Positions 20,848 through 31,852 of a DNA stretch of 64,000 bases are shown here, piece after piece. Origin of the DNA: Microcoleus sp. (lineage in GTDB: Bacteria > Cyanobacteriota > Cyanobacteriia > Cyanobacteriales > Microcoleaceae). Each line of letters opens with the position of its first letter. The first letter of the stretch is position 1. The stretch covers positions 608,001-672,000 of the forward strand of contig JAYFMW010000017.1 in assembly GCA_042408215.1 (NCBI GenBank). Direction: 5' to 3'. Made by a program: the position numbers and the translations under genes. The notes below the pieces were generated by a model that saw nothing but the letters and a program-made list of their open reading frames with translations, was not told where the DNA came from and did not search any database.

Positions 20848-21944
20848 ATGACACCTTCTCCTGAATTAATCGCTTTAGCTGAGTACATGACAGGCGAGTT
20901 TGACAACCGAGAACAAGCACTTGCCGAGCCGGCTTGGTACGTCCACCTTCGCTTGTGGCAAAGACCGCTACCCGTTGCTCTCTTCGACGAACCCAGCATT
21001 GCCCTGTTTGCCGAACAAGCCAACATTCTGGAATTAGACAAGCCCTATCGTCCTCGCATCGTACAACTGAGGCATTCACAGACAGCGGCGGGACTTCTAG
21101 AAGCTCAGTATTATCAGAAAATTGGGCGGAGCGTAGCGGAGGGTTAAAACCCCGTCCTTTTAGGACGGCTTTATTGCCAAAAAGTTCTAAAAGTTTCCCA
21201 AATTTCCCAAATAGTACGGTATACTACAAATAGATACAGGTAGAATAACCGCGGGCATCGAATGGATAACCAACCCCAAAACGACTGGCTAGGAAACAAT
21301 AATGTCTCGTGGGTGGCGAAAACCACAAAAACATAGCTAGGGTCGCCATCGCGCACCCATACCAGAAAACTCAAAATCTTAGTAGTTAGATGTACCGTAG
21401 GGCATACGGGAACAAAGGGAGTGATCCCTTAACGCTTGGGGAGACAAGCCCTCTGGAGCTATTCAAATTAGGCTCGAAACACAGGTTGAATTGGACGGGT
21501 TTTTGGTTTAAATATTGCCGAAAGGATGAATGGTTTAAAGGTGTGTCAGTGAACCAAGAATCCCCGCGCGTTCACGCCCGGGAGTGTCAAATGTTCAAGG
21601 ACATTGAATCTGTCCGGGGAGCCGGTCGTAACCCCGACTTGCTCGGAAAGCTAACGAGGGAGCAAGTCGAACTACTTCCGGGCTGCACATTGGCAGTTGC
21701 CGTAGAAAATTTAGCCCTAAATCGCTATTGCTTTCGGGCATCTCTGCCAGTTGGCACTCTCTGCGGCTTTGCTTACAGCGGGCAAAATTACCAAGTAGAC
21801 TTGGGATTTGAAGCCAAAGCCGAGGAATTTCTCAGCTATGACAAAGAAATAAGCCCCACGACAGGCAAGGCTATCTGGGGAGCTTTAATGGGCCCTTTTA
21901 AATTCGTCAAGCGTCAGGATTTCGCTTCTGAGGTATTGGTTTAA
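20848..21944 (+). pseudogene. cpcT: CpcT/CpeT-family chromophore lyase gene split by a 476-bp insertion
   Basis: 5' half GEFDNREQALAEPAWYVHLRLWQRP...PYRPR...QYY; 3' half MFKD...LPGC...YDK...WG. Removing 21115-21590 restores the frame. Paralog identity (cpcT vs cpeT) is uncertain. Confidence 0.85.
21115..21590 (+). mobile_element. Non-autonomous IS200/IS605 derivative carrying an omega-RNA-like right end
   Basis: Inserted after TTAT. Left end CAGAAAATTGGG...AAAACCCCGTCCTTTTAGGACGGCTTT and right end AAGAATCCCCGCGCGTTCACGCCCGGGAGTGTCAA match the ends of the tnpB element at 24075-25419. Confidence 0.9.
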
Positions 21945-22085
21945 AGGAAGGCAGAAGGCAGAAGGCAGAAGGCAGAAGGCAGAAGGCAGAAGGCAGAAGG
22001 CAGAAGGCAGAAGGCAGAAGGCAGAAGGCAGAAGGCAGAAGGCAGAAGGCAGAAGGCAGAAGGCAGAAGGCAGAAGGAAGAAGGC
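21945..22085. repeat. STRR heptamer tract (GAAGGCA)n
   Basis: Direct observation. Similar heptamer tracts occur near 1855, 3155, 4070, 19228, 31850, 32155, 38780, 57050 and 59262. Confidence 0.95.
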
Positions 22086-22185
22086 AAGAATTTACCATCT
22101 TCCTGTTCTTCCACTGCTATGTTCCTGGGGGGCTGTGACTCTCAATCTTCAGCTTCCCTTACACCGCAACCGATGCCAGATTTCC

Positions 22186-22548
22186 TCAACTGGCGCGAGG
22201 AACCCCCTCTAGAGCTTCTTCTTCCGTGTCAAAAATTTCAAACACAGAATCCATCATGGTGACTTCAAACACCAATTTGGCTTCTGGATGAACATTGCAA
22301 ATGCGGAAACTTCCCTTAACTTTATCTGCATCCCGCATACCTGCTACCAATGAAGTCAGACCAGAGCTATCTATAAAGTTAACCTGACCAAGATTCACTA
22401 CAACATGGCGGCTGAGTTTGGAAATACACTCTTGCAACTTGAGGCGGAATTGCCAAGCTGTTGTGATGTCCAGCCGTCCTGTCGGTGCTAAGACGATAAC
22501 TGTTGTACCGTCTTGAAGCGTGTGGGTTTTTTGATCAATATGAATCAC
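22186..22548 (-). CDS. STAS-domain anti-sigma factor antagonist
   Basis: GRLD...VNFIDSSGL motif; probable GTG start at 22548. Confidence 0.92.
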   Translation of the reverse strand: MIHIDQKTHTLQDGTTVIVLAPTGRLDITTAWQFRLKLQECISKLSRHVVVNLGQVNFIDSSGLTSLVAGMRDADKVKGSFRICNVHPEAKLVFEVTMMDSVFEIFDTEEEALEGVPRAS

Positions 22549-22629
22549 TGACCCTTCCCTCAAAATTATGTTCTATCGCGGTGGTTACTTTTCCAGTAGT
22601 TTAACTCAGGTCGGTAACTACAGAGGCAT

Positions 22630-23649
22630 CTAATTCGCCCAATCTTGCGGTTTTAAGAACTTGGAGTAGAGTTCGGCTTCTGGAGAGTTGGGTTCTGGCT
22701 CGTAACAGTATTCCCAGCGTACCAAAGGTGGTAAGGACATCAGGATTGATTCGGTGCGTCCGTTGGTCTGCAAGCCAAAGGTTGTGCCGCGATCGTACAC
22801 TAAGTTAAATTCGACATAGCGGCCGCGGCGGTAAAGCTGGAAATTGCGCTCGCGATCGCCGTATTCTGTCGATCGACGCTTTTCAATAATTGGGGTATAA
22901 GCCGGCAAAAATGCCCTACCGCAGTCCTGGACAAAGGCAAACAGCGACTCCCAACTTTGATCTTCGGGCTTGCCGATTTCGTTGCTATACGCAGCAGCCT
23001 TCCCTTTGACATTCTGGTCGCGGTAAAGGGGGCCTTGACCATTTTGGTAGTCAAAAAAGATGCCACCGACACCGCGAGTTTCTTGGCGGTGGGGGAGATA
23101 GAAATATTCATCACACCAGAGCTTAAAGGCCGGGTAATATGCGGGATGGTGTTTGTCGCAAGCTGCTTTGATAGTTTTGTGAAAATGAGCTGCATCCTCA
23201 GCAAACGGGTAGTAAGGAGTCAAATCGACACCGCCACCAAACCACCAAATCGGGCCTGCCTCAAAATAGCGGTAATTCAGGTGAACCGTAGGCAAATAGG
23301 GATTGCGGGGGTGTAACACCATCGAAGTGCCAGTGGCATAAAAATCGTGACCAGCCGCTTCTGGGTGCTTGGCCAGCATCAAAGCAGGCAAACTTTCGCC
23401 CCAGACTTCCGAAAAATTGACTCCACCCTGTTCAAAAACATTGCCTTCCCGGATGACGCGAGTACGTCCCCCGCCGCCTTCGGAGCGTTCCCAAGAATCC
23501 TCTTTGAACTTGCCGCTGCCGTCGAGTTGTTCTAGGCCTTGACAAATTTCGTCTTGTATGCCTTTCATAAATTGGCTGACTCTAGCTCTAGAGTCAGCGG
23601 GGGGCACAAACTGAGAAGTGGCGGTTTTAAGTGTGGTAGAAACTGTCAT
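22630..23649 (-). CDS. hemF: Oxygen-dependent coproporphyrinogen III oxidase
   Basis: [43 protein letters not shown]. Confidence 0.98.
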   Translation of the reverse strand: MTVSTTLKTATSQFVPPADSRARVSQFMKGIQDEICQGLEQLDGSGKFKEDSWERSEGGGGRTRVIREGNVFEQGGVNFSEVWGESLPALMLAKHPEAAGHDFYATGTSMVLHPRNPYLPTVHLNYRYFEAGPIWWFGGGVDLTPYYPFAEDAAHFHKTIKAACDKHHPAYYPAFKLWCDEYFYLPHRQETRGVGGIFFDYQNGQGPLYRDQNVKGKAAAYSNEIGKPEDQSWESLFAFVQDCGRAFLPAYTPIIEKRRSTEYGDRERNFQLYRRGRYVEFNLVYDRGTTFGLQTNGRTESILMSLPPLVRWEYCYEPEPNSPEAELYSKFLKPQDWAN

Positions 23650-23884
23650 AAAAATTTCTGCTTTCAGATTTGAGTTTGAGATTGACTGTGAGTCCCAAAT
23701 CCAGTGGTGATGTAATTATGCCACCCTAGGTCTGCAAATGATCGCAATGAAGATATGTTAAAAAATAGCAACAAAAATATACTTAAAGATAGTCGCTCGC
23801 TGCGATCGAAAATCAGTGGAGTTGGACTAAATCGCCAAATAGTTCGCTAAACTTATACAATGGGCAATTCTGGGCGAAGTCAAG

Positions 23885-24074
23885 ATGCTGTACGTGGTCC
23901 ATAAAGATCGACTGTGCCGATTTGGGTTGGAATTAGTCGAGCAAATTCTACAGTGGAATGGCGGAATAATTCTTGTCGCCAACGCCGAAACCCTTTCACC
24001 GCATGAAGAATTAACTCAAGATTTGCTGTCAATCATCCACTGCTTTTCTTCCCGACTCTACGGATTACGAAAGT
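23885..24074 (+). pseudogene. C-terminal remnant of an IS607-family serine recombinase (TnpA)
   Basis: HKDRLCRFG...LSPHEELTQDLLSIIHCFSSRLYGLRK; no N-terminal part. Confidence 0.85.
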
Positions 24075-25419
24075 TTGACACTCCCGGGCGTGAACGCGCG
24101 GGGATTCTTTGATCTACGACATGACTTGCTTAGGTAGAATTTCTCCAACCTGAGTAGAGGTCTCATCTCCTAAAGAGTTGCTTGCATAAGCGTGCAAAGG
24201 TGACCGTATCCCTACCGTACCTAATCCTCGACTAAGGATATTTCTAGCAGCGTTGAAATCTCTATCCATCACACAGCCACACTTACAAACATGGGTTCTA
24301 GTGGATAGCGTTTTCTTCACAATTTCACCGCAACTAGAGCATTCTTGACTCGTGTAATGCGGACTGACCGCAACCGTTACTTTCTCAAATACTTTTGCGA
24401 AGTATTCAATCCAGAGCCGGAACTGATACCAAGAAGCATCGTTAATTGACTTAGCTAGACAATGATTTTTCGCCATATTTTTAATCCTCAAATCGACCTA
24501 AGCTATCAAGTCGTTGGACGCTCTCTACGCACCTTGCAAGTTTCACTATGGTGCAATACGATTGCCTACTTATTTTGAGGTGGCGCTTACCTAAAATATG
24601 TCTAGCTTTGCCTCTATTCTTTGAACCTTTAACCTTTCTAGAAACACGACGTTGAGAACGTCTGAGGATTTTTTCACCTGTTCGTAAGAATCTAGGATTT
24701 TCAACCATAATTCCATTTGAATCAGTGTAATATTCTTTCAAACCAACGTCTAAGCCGATGGTATTGCCAGAGGGTTCCGTGTTTTCTTTCCGGTCAACAC
24801 TAATACAGAATTGGACGTACACGCCGTCTGCACGTTTTACCAATCTCACCCGTTTTATTTGGCTAATTTGGTAGAAGTGTAGATCGCGAGTTCCTTTCAG
24901 TTTTAGTTTCCCAATTCCTTTTTTGTCACTGAAAGTGATTGATTTTCGATCGTTGGCTAATTTCCATCCCGATGTCTTGTACTCAACAGAACGACAATCT
25001 TTTTGAAATTGTGGATATCCTTTTTTACCAGGAGTTTTTTTCTTACAGTTGTCGTAGAATCGAGAAATAGAAGTCCATGCTCGTTCCGCACTGGCTTGCC
25101 TAGCTTGAGAGTTGAGTTCATCCGCAAACGGAAAATCACGAGCCTGGACGGCACAGTATTTGTTCAAATCGTACTTGCCCATCTTTTCGTTGTCCATCCA
25201 ATAGCGTATACAGCTATTGCGGACAAACTGAGCGGTACGAATTGCTGAGTCTACCGCTGTGAACTGGTTTGATTTGACCTAGGCTTTGAACTCGAAAACT
25301 AGCATTGTTCAACCTCCTGACCTTATGCTACAAGATCTAGTATAGAATGCTCGGTAAGTTATTGAAACTTTACAATTAAAGCCGTCCTAAAAAGACGGGG
25401 TTTTCAACCCAATTTTCTG
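24075..25419 (-). mobile_element. IS200/IS605-family tnpB-only element
   Basis: On the minus strand TTAT|CAGAAAATTGGG left end and ...GGGAGTGTCAA right end. Confidence 0.9.
24114..25305 (-). pseudogene. tnpB: TnpB pseudogene (early TAG at codon 9 and a frameshift near 24.5 kb)
   Basis: ATG 25305 gives MLVFEFKA*; then GLDVG, SINDASWYQF, CSSCG, DRDFNAA split over two frames. Confidence 0.9.
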
Positions 25420-25432
25420 ATAACAGAACACA

Positions 25433-26503
25433 ATGCCCAAGACACTCGATATTAGTTCAGTCCTAGAAATCCTGCGACCAGTCCAAGACCCCGAACTCCA
25501 AAAGAGTTTGGTGGAATTGAACATGATCCGCAACATCAAAATCGACGGCGGAGTCGTCAGCTTTACCTTAGTGCTGACAACGCCAGCTTGTCCGCTGCGA
25601 GAATTTATTGTTGATGATTGCCAAAAAGCGGTCAAACAGTTGCCAGGAGTCGAAAAAGTGGCTGTGGAGGTGACAGCGGAAACACCGCAGCAGAAGGGAG
25701 TAGTCGATCGCCAAGGCATAGAAGGCGTTAAAAATATTATCGCAATTTCCAGTGGCAAAGGCGGAGTCGGCAAAAGTACGGTGGCGGTAAACGTGGCAGT
25801 AGCCCTGGCTCAAACCGGCGCTAAGGTTGGTTTACTGGATGCGGATATCTATGGGCCAAATGACCCGACGATGTTGGGGCTAGCGGACGCTAAAGTGATG
25901 GTTAAGGATGGCAAAAGCGGGGAAAGTCTGGAACCAGCTTTCAATTACGGCGTCAAATTGGTGTCGATGGCGTTTTTAATTGAGAAAGACCAGCCTGTAA
26001 TTTGGCGAGGCCCGATGTTGAACGGGATCATCCGGCAGTTTCTCTACCAGGTGAATTGGGGCGATTTAGACTATCTGATTGTGGATATGCCGCCCGGTAC
26101 TGGAGACGCGCAGTTGACGATGGCCCAAGCGGTGCCGATGGCCGGTGTGGTGATTGTGACGACGCCACAGACGGTGGCATTGTTGGACTCTCGCAAGGGG
26201 TTAAAGATGTTTCAGCAGTTGGGAGTGCCGGTGCTGGGAATTGTCGAAAATATGAGCTATTTCGTGCCGCCGGATATGCCGGACAAGCAATACGATATTT
26301 TTGGTTCTGGTGGCGGGGAAAAGACGGCTGCTGAGTTGGGAGTGCCGCTGTTAGGTCGCATTCCGCTGGAAATTCCGTTGCGGGAAGGTGGCGATTCGGG
26401 TGTGCCGATCGTCGTGGGACAACCGGGTTCGGCTTCGGCGAGGGAGTTGCGGGCGATCGCGGGTCGCATTGCGGGTAAAGTTTCCGTAGCAGCTTTAGCT
26501 TAG
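25433..26503 (+). CDS. mrp: Mrp/ApbC (NBP35-family) Fe-S cluster carrier ATPase
   Basis: DPEL..SLV, TTPACP, GKGGVGKST, WRGPM, DMPPGTGD, GIVENMS. Confidence 0.96.
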   Translation: MPKTLDISSVLEILRPVQDPELQKSLVELNMIRNIKIDGGVVSFTLVLTTPACPLREFIVDDCQKAVKQLPGVEKVAVEVTAETPQQKGVVDRQGIEGVKNIIAISSGKGGVGKSTVAVNVAVALAQTGAKVGLLDADIYGPNDPTMLGLADAKVMVKDGKSGESLEPAFNYGVKLVSMAFLIEKDQPVIWRGPMLNGIIRQFLYQVNWGDLDYLIVDMPPGTGDAQLTMAQAVPMAGVVIVTTPQTVALLDSRKGLKMFQQLGVPVLGIVENMSYFVPPDMPDKQYDIFGSGGGEKTAAELGVPLLGRIPLEIPLREGGDSGVPIVVGQPGSASARELRAIAGRIAGKVSVAALA

Positions 26504-26532
26504 CTGGAACAGCATTATAGCATTGATATAGG

Positions 26533-26806
26533 GTAGGGACACTCAAGGGTGCCCAAGGAGTGTCAACTTAAGCCTGAAAGCCTTGGTATCTCTCGTTCAT
26601 AGCCAAGTCTAGATCCCCCTAAATCCCCCTTAAGAAGGGGGACTTTGATCGAACTCTTATCCCCCCCTTCTTAAGGGAGTAGGGTGTGAGTAGGGGTTGA
26701 GTAGGGGGCAAGAATGCGGGGGGATCTAGGCTTAATGGTCAAACAGCAATCTGTGACTGGGTTTAACGTTAAGTTGACACCAATGGGCACGCTTGAGTGT
26801 CCCTAC
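26533..26806. repeat. Nested palindromic dispersed repeat (GTAG-type outer IR, GTGTCAACTTAA inner IR, CCCCCTTAAGAAGGGGG core doublet)
   Basis: GTAGGGACACTCAAG...CTTGAGTGTCCCTAC encloses GTGTCAACTTAA...TAAGTTGACAC. Related copies at about 4530-4660, 43863-44215 and 56110-56195. Confidence 0.85.
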
Positions 26807-26936
26807 TGCCCTATCCTGTATTTGATCCGATTGAAAACTGCTATAAAAAACAGAATACCCTGATCCTGGATTTCTTTAAGAAGTCGGGGAGGTCAAGCGC
26901 GAGATCATTTTAGGTTGAATTAGAGCCACCTACTTA

Positions 26937-27100
26937 GAAGCAGTAAAACAGCACATTTTCGATCGTTTATTCACAACGAAAGCCGTAGGAAAAAGCACCG
27001 GGTTAAGATTAGCGATCTCCCGCCAGATTCTAGTCGGAACTAAGGGCGGAACAGAGGCGAATTATATTTGAGAGCGAAGCACTGAATTTGAGATTCCCTC
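26937..27100 (+). pseudogene. Degenerate histidine-kinase HATPase C-terminal fragment
   Basis: Translates EAVKQHIFDRLFTTKAVGKSTGLRLAISRQILV..GG...*ERSTEFEIP, a decayed F/G2 box; no start or upstream domain. Confidence 0.7.
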
Positions 27101-27366
27101 ACAAGTGATATCAATTCCGGTTGCACCGTCAGGTGATTGTTGACGGTTGACAGTTAACTGTTAACAGTTAACTGTCAACCGTCAACTCAAATTTACTATT
27201 CCGATGAAGAGAGGATTTGATATGACACCTGCATTTGAGCGAGTTCAAAGATGAAAAAGTCATTTATTCTTCTGTGCTAACCTAAGCAAGCAGTAAAGCC
27301 TTGTCACCAAGGCTTTAACCTAATTTAAAACAATTCTTGTTTTTATAGAGGAGTGGTGTATTCCAT

Positions 27367-29007
27367 ATGGCAAACCTGATCGGCACTGACAGCAACGATT
27401 TTCTGCTCGGAACTTCCCAAGGCGATCGAATTCGTGCCTTAGATGGCGATGACACGCTGTTGGGTGTCGGAGGAGATGACACCCTAGAGGGGGACAATGG
27501 GAACGACCAAATCATTGGAGGCGATGGAGCCGATTCACTGATTGGCGGGGAAGGAAATGACGAACTGATTGGCAACCAAGGCCGCGATATTGCGAACGGT
27601 GGGCCCGGCGATGACTCGATTCGTGGCGGTTTGGGCAACGATACCCTGGATGGCAACGATGGTACCGACACCGTGTTTGGAGACGCAGGGGACGACTTAG
27701 TTCGTGGCAATGCAGGTTTTGATGTCATTGCCGGCGGTACTGGCAACGACACCCTCAGAGGGGGTGATGGCGACGATTCCGTGTTTGGAAATGCTGATGA
27801 CGACTTTCTCTACGGGGATGTTGGCGATGATTCTCTCAACGGCGGTAGTGGCGGTGACCAATTGTTCGGCGGTGACGGCAACGACTACTTCAAGGGCGAA
27901 GACGGCGGCGACACTGTTTACGGTGGTGCAGGTAGGGATTCGCTATACGGAGACGGCGGCAATGACCAGATATTCGGCGGCAAGGCTAACGATACAGCCA
28001 TCGGCGGCACGGGTTCCGATACCATTCGTGGCGATGCAGGCGATGACTTGATACAGGGAGGTGAAGATAACGATTTCCTGTTCGGCGGCAAAGGTGCTGA
28101 TGTTCTTGACGGCGGTTTTGGCGATGATTCCTTGGCTGGTGGTCTGGGCGACGATACAATTTTGGGCAGTTTTGGTAATGACAATTTATTTGGGGCTGAG
28201 GGTAATGACTCTTTGATCGGGGGTGAGGGTTCGGATACTTTGACTGGCGGCAGTGGCAGTGATGTATTTGGACTGGGAGCCGGGCCTGGCAGTTTGGCTT
28301 TAATTACTGATTACAATGATGCGGAGGATTTCTTTGGACTGCCGAGCAATTTATCTTTTAGTCAACTGAAAATCACTCAAGGCAATGGTTCTAACTTGAG
28401 AGATACTGTAATTTCGATCGACGGCAAGCTTTTAGCAATTTTGACAGACACTCCGTCTTCGCTGCTCGATCCAACTGATTTTATATCTGTTACTGGGACG
28501 GCTACCCCCAAACCAACTACGACTACAACTACAACTACAGTTACAACCACAACTACAGATCTAACTCTAACTCCGACTCCAACTCCGACACCAACTCCGA
28601 CACCAACTCCGACACCAACTCCGACACCAACTCCGACACCAACTCCGACACCAACTCCGACACCAACTCCGACACCAACTCCGACACCAACTCCGACACC
28701 AACTCCGACACCAACTCCGACACCAACTCCGACGGCGGCGCCGACTCCGACTCCGACGGCGGCGCCGACTCCGACTCCGACTCCGACTCCGACTCCGACT
28801 CCGACTCCAGCGCCGACTCCGACTCCGACAGCTTCGAGGATTCCTTCTGCGCCGACAATTAGCGTGCCCGATTCGCCTCTGCTGAGCATTAGTTCGATCG
28901 CCCCGACGGCGACTCCCGGACTCTTGGCAATTCCCGGCCAGACACCGATGTTCCCCTCGGTGCTGCCGAGTCCGATACCTGTACCTCCTACACCTTTCGG
29001 ATTTTAG
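27367..29007 (+). CDS. RTX/hemolysin-type Ca-binding repeat protein with Thr and Pro-Thr tail
   Basis: Many GGxGxD nonapeptides, poly-T stretch, long (PT)n encoded by 12-nt repeats. Confidence 0.92.
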   Translation: MANLIGTDSNDFLLGTSQGDRIRALDGDDTLLGVGGDDTLEGDNGNDQIIGGDGADSLIGGEGNDELIGNQGRDIANGGPGDDSIRGGLGNDTLDGNDGTDTVFGDAGDDLVRGNAGFDVIAGGTGNDTLRGGDGDDSVFGNADDDFLYGDVGDDSLNGGSGGDQLFGGDGNDYFKGEDGGDTVYGGAGRDSLYGDGGNDQIFGGKANDTAIGGTGSDTIRGDAGDDLIQGGEDNDFLFGGKGADVLDGGFGDDSLAGGLGDDTILGSFGNDNLFGAEGNDSLIGGEGSDTLTGGSGSDVFGLGAGPGSLALITDYNDAEDFFGLPSNLSFSQLKITQGNGSNLRDTVISIDGKLLAILTDTPSSLLDPTDFISVTGTATPKPTTTTTTTTVTTTTTDLTLTPTPTPTPTPTPTPTPTPTPTPTPTPTPTPTPTPTPTPTPTPTPTPTPTPTPTPTAAPTPTPTAAPTPTPTPTPTPTPTPAPTPTPTASRIPSAPTISVPDSPLLSISSIAPTATPGLLAIPGQTPMFPSVLPSPIPVPPTPFGF

Positions 29008-29071
29008 ATGCGATCGCGCCGGGAGTTGCGAGTTTTGAGTTAATTTAAAACTCAAAACTCAAAACTCAAAA

Positions 29072-29434
29072 CTATTTAAGACCTTGGGGAGTCTGGGCCG
29101 AGTCGCTCTGTGACTCGGCGGGAGCATCTTCTAGGGGAGATAGTTGTTGAGTGTAGCCCAAGACTTCGCGAAGCTTCATGCGGTGGATGTAAGGCCAGCC
29201 GCCATTGGCCTCAATATTCCTGAGCAGTTTATAAAGTGCTTGGCGGTTTTCGGGAAAAGACGCTTGAAACAAACCGTCCCGAATTTCTCGGTGGGAGCTT
29301 TCCAGTGTCCGCAACAAAGCCAAAAGCAGCACACTGTCTCCCTGACAACTTTCGGCTAAAGTCCGAATCGCCTCTGTCAGGGATTGCAGTTGAGACTGCA
29401 ACTTTCCTGACTCTAAATCTTTGCCGTTGTCCAT
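29072..29434 (-). CDS. Conserved cyanobacterial hypothetical protein
   Basis: LLALLR.LE..HREIRDGLFQ..P.NRQALY.LL..IE..GGWPYI.RMKL; divergent from psbO. Confidence 0.75.
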   Translation of the reverse strand: MDNGKDLESGKLQSQLQSLTEAIRTLAESCQGDSVLLLALLRTLESSHREIRDGLFQASFPENRQALYKLLRNIEANGGWPYIHRMKLREVLGYTQQLSPLEDAPAESQSDSAQTPQGLK

Positions 29435-29793
29435 ACTGCTGCTTCCTTTGAAATCTACAAGGCTTTTGTCCCCTACCTGACTGTCAGCAAACTAATTGAG
29501 CTAGTCGCGATCGCCATGAGGGGCCATAAGCAACGTAACTTAAGTAGGTTGACCTAAGCAATATTAATTTGCTGCCCAAGTCAGGAAAAGAGCACAACCC
29601 GTCGTACCATGTGTATTGGGCTACGATCCGAACGTTTTGAAAAATCCTAAGTTTTTGCTTAATTTCAATGGATTAGCTCGACTTTACGGCTTTCGGACGG
29701 TTGCACTGGCAAGACCTACCAGCGAGCAATGATATTTTGCTCGAAGTAGGGCTTTTTCTTAATATAATCTGATGTTGGATCTTGAGGTTGGCG

Positions 29794-30639
29794 ATGAAGT
29801 ATCGTTCTTTAATTGTGGCACTTTTAGCATTTTGCATGAGTGCGCTGGTGGCTTGTTCTTCTGCTCCTGATACGACGACGGTGGCGACTACCGAGTTACT
29901 CACCTACGACCAGATTAGAGGTACTGGATTGGCAAATAACTGCCCTAGCTTGGCAGAAACTTCTCGGGGATCGATCCCCATCGAAGCGGGCGGCACCTAT
30001 AAACTCACTGGTTTGTGTTTGCAGCCCACCACTTATTTTGTTAAGGAAGAACCAGCAAATAAACGCCAAGAGGCAGAATTTGTGCCTGGAAAATTGCTGA
30101 CGCGGTTCACGTCCAGCATTGACCAAGTTCAAGGTACGCTCAAGGTCGGTACTGACGGAACTCTGACTTTTACAGAAGAGGATGGCTTGGACTTTCAAGC
30201 AATTACGATTCAGTTACCCGGTGGAGAGCAAGTACCTTTCTTGTTTACCATTAAAGAGTTAGTTGCTAGTTCCGATCCTGGAGTGGTTGCGATCAATACT
30301 TCCACGGATTTGCAAGGGATTTTCAACGTTCCCTCTTACCGCAGCGCTGGCTTTTTAGACCCTAAAGGTCGCGGTGTTGCTACTGGCTACGACAATGCTG
30401 TGGCGCTTCCGGCTACTGACAATGCCAAACTGAAACGGTCTAATGTTAAGTTGGCTGACACCAACACCAAAGCTGGCAAAATTTCTCTCCAAGTTGCTAA
30501 GGTGAACAGTAGTACGGGGGAAATTGGCGGTATTTTTGAGAGCACCCAGCCTTCTGATACTGATTTGGGAGCTAGACCTGCTCTAGACGTGAAAATTCGG
30601 GGTTTATTTTACGCTCGGATTGAGCCTTCGGTGTCCTAA
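29794..30639 (+). CDS. psbO: Photosystem II manganese-stabilizing protein
   Basis: LTYDQIRGTGLANNCP, GGEQVPFLFT, FLDPKGRG, QPSDTDLG. Confidence 0.98.
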   Translation: MKYRSLIVALLAFCMSALVACSSAPDTTTVATTELLTYDQIRGTGLANNCPSLAETSRGSIPIEAGGTYKLTGLCLQPTTYFVKEEPANKRQEAEFVPGKLLTRFTSSIDQVQGTLKVGTDGTLTFTEEDGLDFQAITIQLPGGEQVPFLFTIKELVASSDPGVVAINTSTDLQGIFNVPSYRSAGFLDPKGRGVATGYDNAVALPATDNAKLKRSNVKLADTNTKAGKISLQVAKVNSSTGEIGGIFESTQPSDTDLGARPALDVKIRGLFYARIEPSVS

Positions 30640-30699
30640 AATTGGACTGGACGGTCGATCGCACCCTTAGTAGTTTCTTGCCCTAAAGATACTACTCGT

Positions 30700-30753
30700 T
30701 ATTCAATAGCCAACAGTCTTTAGCAATGTAACTGAAGACTGTTGACTAATGAA
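30700..30753 (+). terminator. Long imperfect hairpin after psbO (putative terminator/stabilizer)
   Basis: ATTCAATAGCCAACAGTCTT...AAGACTGTTGACTAATGAAT inverted repeat. Confidence 0.45.
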
Positions 30754-31078
30754 TAAACTTATGATTTACTTGCTATGACTTGCGAGTTGTAAATTTTTAA
30801 TTTTTAATAGATTAAAGTATTGCGTTAAAACAGCTTTTAAATTAAAATATGTGGTGAGAAAATCCAAGTAAAATTCTACTTTTAAAATTATACCTGTAAA
30901 ATTATACCTGCGGATGACCTCACCAAATCAATGCACATTCCCAAAGCTCAAGAGGTGTGTCGGCTGTCACAGATATTCAGTGCTAGGATTACAGCACTTA
31001 AAGATGGATTTTTTAGAATAGATTTAAACTAGATCTAAGGCAAAATCACTCCTCTACTCTACCAACCCTTATGCCACT

Positions 31079-31852
31079 ATGTCTACCACAGTTCCAAACG
31101 AGCTAAAAAACGAAAACTTGCAATTGTTGCGCGAATACCAACATTCTGCATCGAATGAAGTCCGCAATCAGTTAGTTCAACTGAATGTTGGACTGGTGAG
31201 AAAAGAAGTTCACCACTGGATGAACCAGTGCGGGGAAAGCTACGACGACTTGCTCCAAGTGGGGTGCATGGGCTTAATCAGAGCAATTGAGCGGTTTGAT
31301 TTGTCGAAGGGACACGCATTTAGTTCCTTTGCAATTCCCTACATTCGGGGGGAAATTCAGCACTATCTGCGAGATAAAAGCCCTTCGGTGCGAGTTCCGA
31401 GACACTGGTTGTCGCTGGAACGCAAGTCTGTATCAGCGATCAAGGATTTGCAAGTGCAGTTTAACCGCAATCCGTCAGATTCTGAAGTAGCTGCTGTGCT
31501 GGAGATTTCTGTAGAAGAATGGCAAGAAATTAAGCTAGCCCACCTCAACCGCGAACCTCTGAGTTTGGATGCACCAGTGCAGGATGAAGATGAGGGGGCT
31601 ACTTGTTTGGGAGAATTGGTCCCCGATACTAAATATCGCAGTTTTCAGTTAGCCCAAGAAGACCAGATTCGCGTACAGCAAGCTTTGTCTATGTTGGAAA
31701 AACGGACTCGTGAGATATTGGAGTTTGTTTTTCTTTACGATTTGACGCAGAAGGAAACGGCTGAACGCTTGGGGATCAGTGCAGTGACTGTTTCTCGGCG
31801 TGTTAAGAAGGGGCTGGATTTGCTGAAAGAGATTATGACTAAACAGCTTTAG
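31079..31852 (+). CDS. sigF: Group 3 sigma factor SigF
   Basis: DDLLQVGCMGLIRAIERFD, FSSFAIPYIRGEIQHYLRD, LTQKETAERLGISAVTVSR. Confidence 0.93.
   Translation: MSTTVPNELKNENLQLLREYQHSASNEVRNQLVQLNVGLVRKEVHHWMNQCGESYDDLLQVGCMGLIRAIERFDLSKGHAFSSFAIPYIRGEIQHYLRDKSPSVRVPRHWLSLERKSVSAIKDLQVQFNRNPSDSEVAAVLEISVEEWQEIKLAHLNREPLSLDAPVQDEDEGATCLGELVPDTKYRSFQLAQEDQIRVQQALSMLEKRTREILEFVFLYDLTQKETAERLGISAVTVSRRVKKGLDLLKEIMTKQL

Noticed and set aside
21115..21590. IStron (self-splicing insertion) in cpcT
   Set aside because: It ends in TCAA rather than a terminal G, and I could not find group I core pairings.
21907..22098. ORFs made of heptamer or array repeats (also 1744-1935, 7737-7928, 50767-51652, 54111-54582, 59141-59905)
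   Set aside because: They are translations of STRR or palindromic arrays, or antisense shadows of real genes.
28377..29055. Antisense ORFs with VG, SE or RSWC repeats
   Set aside because: Shadow frames of the Pro-Thr repeat in the RTX gene.
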